Assembly (NCBI RefSeq): GCF_009914755.1
Contig: NC_060939.1
Length of the DNA: 64,000 nucleotides
Source of the DNA: the human T2T-CHM13v2.0 reference genome, Homo sapiens
Strand: one strand, 5' to 3'
In this document: positions 54,491-64,000 of the stretch, piece by piece
Numbering within the stretch: position 1 is the stretch's first letter
Layout: every line of letters starts with the position of its first letter
Notes under the pieces: model-generated
Seen by the model: only the letters and a program-made list of their open reading frames with translations
What the model was told of the DNA's origin: nothing
The model's database searches: none
Program-made: the position numbers and the translations under genes

Positions 54491-55323
54491 CAGTCATGTG
54501 TCTCATCACAACATATTAGTCAAGAGAGGACCACAGATATGATAGTGATCCCATTAGATTATAAGGGGGCTGAAAAATTCCTATCACCTGTGATGTCTTG
54601 ATGATACTGGCCCTTGTAGGCATAGGCTAATGTGCATGTTTGTGTCTTAGTTTTTAACAAAAGGTTTTTAAAATACAATGATTTTAAAAATGTAAAACTA
54701 GAAAAAATATTGTATATGTTTTAAGTTATTGTAAAACAGTCCAAATGTTTTTTAAAATTTTTTTGAAGTTTATAATGTAAAAATGTTACAGTAAGCTAAG
54801 GTTAATTTGTGATTGAAGAAAGATACTTTTTAAAATAAATTTATTTATAAAAAATAGTCATTAAGGAAATGCAAATTAAAACCACCATGAGATAACAATA
54901 CACACTTAATTAGGATAGTTAACTGAGTGTACAGTGTTTATAAAGTCTACAGTAGTGTACAGTAATGTCCTAGGCCATCACATTCATTCACCACTCACTC
55001 ACCCAGAGCAATTTTCACCTTGCAAGCTACATTCATGGTAAGTGCCCTATACAGGTGTAATGTTTACTGTACCTTCTCTATGCTTAGATATACACATATT
55101 TAGCATTGTGTTAGTGTTACGGTTGCCTACAGGGTTCAGTACGGTAACATGCTTTACAGGTTTGTAGCCTAGGAGCAATAGGCTATCCCACGTGACCCAC
55201 ATATGTAGTAGGCTGTACCATCGAGGTTTGCATAAGTGTACTCTATGATAGTCACACAATGACAAGATCACCTAATGACACATTTCTTAGAACATATCCC
55301 CATTGTTAAGTGACATATGACTA
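54491..55323. mobile_element. Tigger3/GOLEM-family deletion element
   Basis: TA|CAGTCATGTGTC...GACATATGACTA|TA terminal inverted repeats; body matches remembered Tigger3. Confidence 0.8.
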
Positions 55324-55359
55324 TACATATATAACTTAAATATTGTAATTTGTTTAATC

Positions 55360-59410
<4,051 letters not shown>

Positions 59411-59744
59411 CTAATTTTTTTTATTTTTATTTTTTTGAAATGGAGTTTCGTTCTGTCACCCAGGCTTAATAATAAATAAATTATTTAAATAAACAAATTT
59501 ATTTAAAATTTTTAAATTTTATAATAAAAATTTTCAATTACTGAATCAACCTTTATTGTAGAAGTATTTGATTTTTTAAATTATGTACATATGTAAGTGT
59601 GATAAAAATAAGAATACATATTTAAAATATATTTTGCCCCCTAAATTACAGAATAATTTTCATCAGTTCATGCCATTTATTCATAATCTTTCTTGGCCTC
59701 CACAGAAAGCAACACGTAGAAGAGCAAACACATTTGGATTATAA

Positions 59745-60119
<375 letters not shown>

Positions 60120-60739
60120 TTAGAACTTTTTTCATAAAAGGTAGAGACAGGACAGCCATAGAAAGTTTTAGCCATTTCTGTCTTAGTACAATTATTCAAT
60201 CACTGGCGTGAATCTAAATATCATATATTTATATTTTCAAAGTTGTGTGGAAGCTGCATCCATAAAACCCCTCCAAAAAGTAGTAACAGCCTAGTAACAG
60301 CTTCATGTGTGTGATATGTTTATGTAAAACTCAAAACACGTCAACATGGTTTTGGGCTTTCTGCTTGGTCCTGGGAAGTTATTTAAATTTAATTTCCTTT
60401 AACCATCATAGGTCTTTGATTGCCACTCCCTGTGAGATCCATGGGAACTTAATGCTTCAGATTAAACTGCATGCATGGTATCTAGTAATACTACAGATTT
60501 CCATCTTGCTTGTTCATATAGCACCTGCATTCAACTGGGGACATCACTGCCAGAGGGCTCCATGGAGACATACCACTAGACTGTTCTATTGTCATTTATG
60601 TCAAAGGGTTAATATAGCAAGAAGGCTGAGATATCTTGACCCCATCCTCAGTTTACCTTGGACTTGGGCTCAACTGACTTTCCCTTGCTAGTCTTGAGAG
60701 TTTGAACAGATTCTCCCTTGGCCGTTTTGGGTTTCACAT

Positions 60740-62303
<1,564 letters not shown>

Positions 62304-63160
62304 TTTTCTTTTTCAAAAAAATATTTAACAGTTTATTTTCTTTGAGTACTTCTGGTCAGGCTTTGGCAGGGCTCTCTGGATTCCTCTGGTCATGTTTTGA
62401 GCTGCCGCTGCTGCTGCTGCTGCTGCAACTTTTAAAGGCTGTTTTTGCTTCTTCAGCTTTTGAGTCTCTTGGAACATCCAGAACGCACAGTCTTCTCAGT
62501 CAGGACTTGGCAATGGGCTGCTCCATCAAAAAGATGTGCTCAGTCCCCAGTGTGTCTTCTCAGAGACATCATATTGGTCTAACGAAGGTTTTTGAGCATC
62601 TTTTTCCTCTGGACAGTGCCCATCACCAATAGTATTTGTGGGTTTTGTTATTTCAGTGTTTCTGCTGTGTTCTTCATAATTGTGGGCTTTGGTCAAGGGA
62701 ATAATTCGAGCCTCCAGGAAGCTGGTGTCCTTAGGGTTTGCCACGACTTTGTTCATCAGATGTTCTTACTTGATATTTAGCTTCTCCTTTTGGTTGGTCA
62801 TTTCCAAAGACAAGGATCTTTTCACTGTATCATTGCCCTTCTCAATTCCAGGGATGGTCTGGTGGTCTTTGAGCAGCATGGAAAGGGGAAGGTCATGGTC
62901 CTGTCTAGGCCAGACTGGTTTCTGGATGGTGTATCTGCTGCAGCCTGGAGGAGGAGACTGCAGGCCCCTTCAGTTGGAAGGAAGCCTGGCATTCCCTCAG
63001 CCCAGCAGCCCAAGGACTGGGGTCTGGGTCACTGCCTGGGTCCAATAGAACTCGGCACTCTCTATGTGGCCCTCAGCATGGTGACTTCTGACCCCCACCA
63101 ACTCCCCTGGGGCCTACTCCACAGCCTCCAGCCCCTTCACTGTAGGGACTGGGTTACACA
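62304..63160 (-). pseudogene. MRPS15P1: MRPS15 processed pseudogene in REC114 intron 2
   Basis: Intronless minus-strand homology to MRPS15 from ATG at 63079 (ATG CTG AGG GCC ACA TAG, stop at codon 6). Includes SLLLQAA, KVVANPKDTSFLEARII (parent KIVANPEDTRSLEARII), YDVSEKTHWGL and a poly-Ala tract. AATAAA at 62337-62332, then a decayed A-tail; multiple frameshifts. The P1 suffix is from memory. Confidence 0.9.
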
Positions 63161-64000
63161 GGCCTCTTCAATTTTCTGATTGGGGTTTTGTTGTTGTTGT
63201 GTTGTGGAATTGGTGTTGTTTTTTTAAAATGATAATTCCCCTTTACACACACACATGCATACACATCCTCCACCTAGTGAATGTAGCTTTTAAAACATTT
63301 TTGGCCAGATCTCATGTGATCTTCTCCACTCCTGTTTCTTCTTTCAGCTTGGATGAGGTGTAGGATAAGCACTATGAGCCCTTTTTAGGGTAGGGACTAG
63401 AAAGTGTGGCTTTTCTTGGAGCACAGAGCTCTGTGCCATGCTGTGCCCTCTCCCCAGTCACCCTTATATATCAAGTTGCTTCTGCCACCTGCTTCTTTGT
63501 TGCCTGCTCAATCCTCCTCGGCTTCTTCTGTCCTGGAGCTGGAGCTTCTGATTATTAGCAGGAGGTACACTTACTCTTCAGTGGGCTGCCATCTTTTCCT
63601 GGATCTCAAATTCATTCTTTAAAAAAGTGGAATTCGTAACTCCTTTGGGGATATTTCTCCAAATTTAAAAACACATTCTCTTACATATCATTGTAAACCT
63701 CTAAAGATCTACCTTTTGTCAGCATCTTCCTTCTCAATCCAGAAGTTGCAGAAGCCAAAGTTTCAAGCCAGGTTCTAAATATATCCAAATGGGAGAAGTT
63801 ATTTCCCAAGGCTTTAGCCTCTATTTCCAGCCATTCCTTTTTATCTCAGTTGGCTTTGGTCCAGCATGAGTGTCTTTACCTAGATATAATTATGCCTGAA
63901 ACACAGAATGGTTTTGAGACAATTTTAATTCTGTTTGTCTGGAAAACATGGGTCATTCTAGAAATGATAGAGTTCAGCAAATTTTGGTTTTAGTTTCCTT

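Overview
Primate, almost certainly human, genomic DNA. It contains the promoter and first two coding exons of REC114 (+ strand), a meiotic double-strand-break factor, recognised from recalled protein sequence. Exon 1 CDS is 22339-22497, intron 1 is 30,476 nt, and exon 2 is 52974-53063. The first ~22 kb is repeat-rich upstream DNA; from recalled synteny it lies on the HCN4 side of 15q24. Intron 1 holds a near-complete Tigger1 nested in a MIR, and a full-length but dead L1PA nested in an Alu tail that is itself nested in an L2. Intron 2 holds an antisense MRPS15 processed pseudogene. About 25 Alus, plus ERVL/MaLR LTRs, Tigger-family MITEs and old L1M/L2/MIR/CR1 fragments fill the rest. Nearly all ORF-track entries are repeat-derived noise. 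I cannot support a wholly new multi-gene system. The best unexplained signals are: an L1 ORF0 frame apparently rescued by a new ATG and pointing back at the REC114 promoter; an orphan 192-nt exon-like segment upstream of REC114; a locally templated inverted 64-bp insertion with a fold-back junction; and a perfect 59-bp tandem duplication. Repeat subfamily names come from remembered consensus sequences, not a database search.
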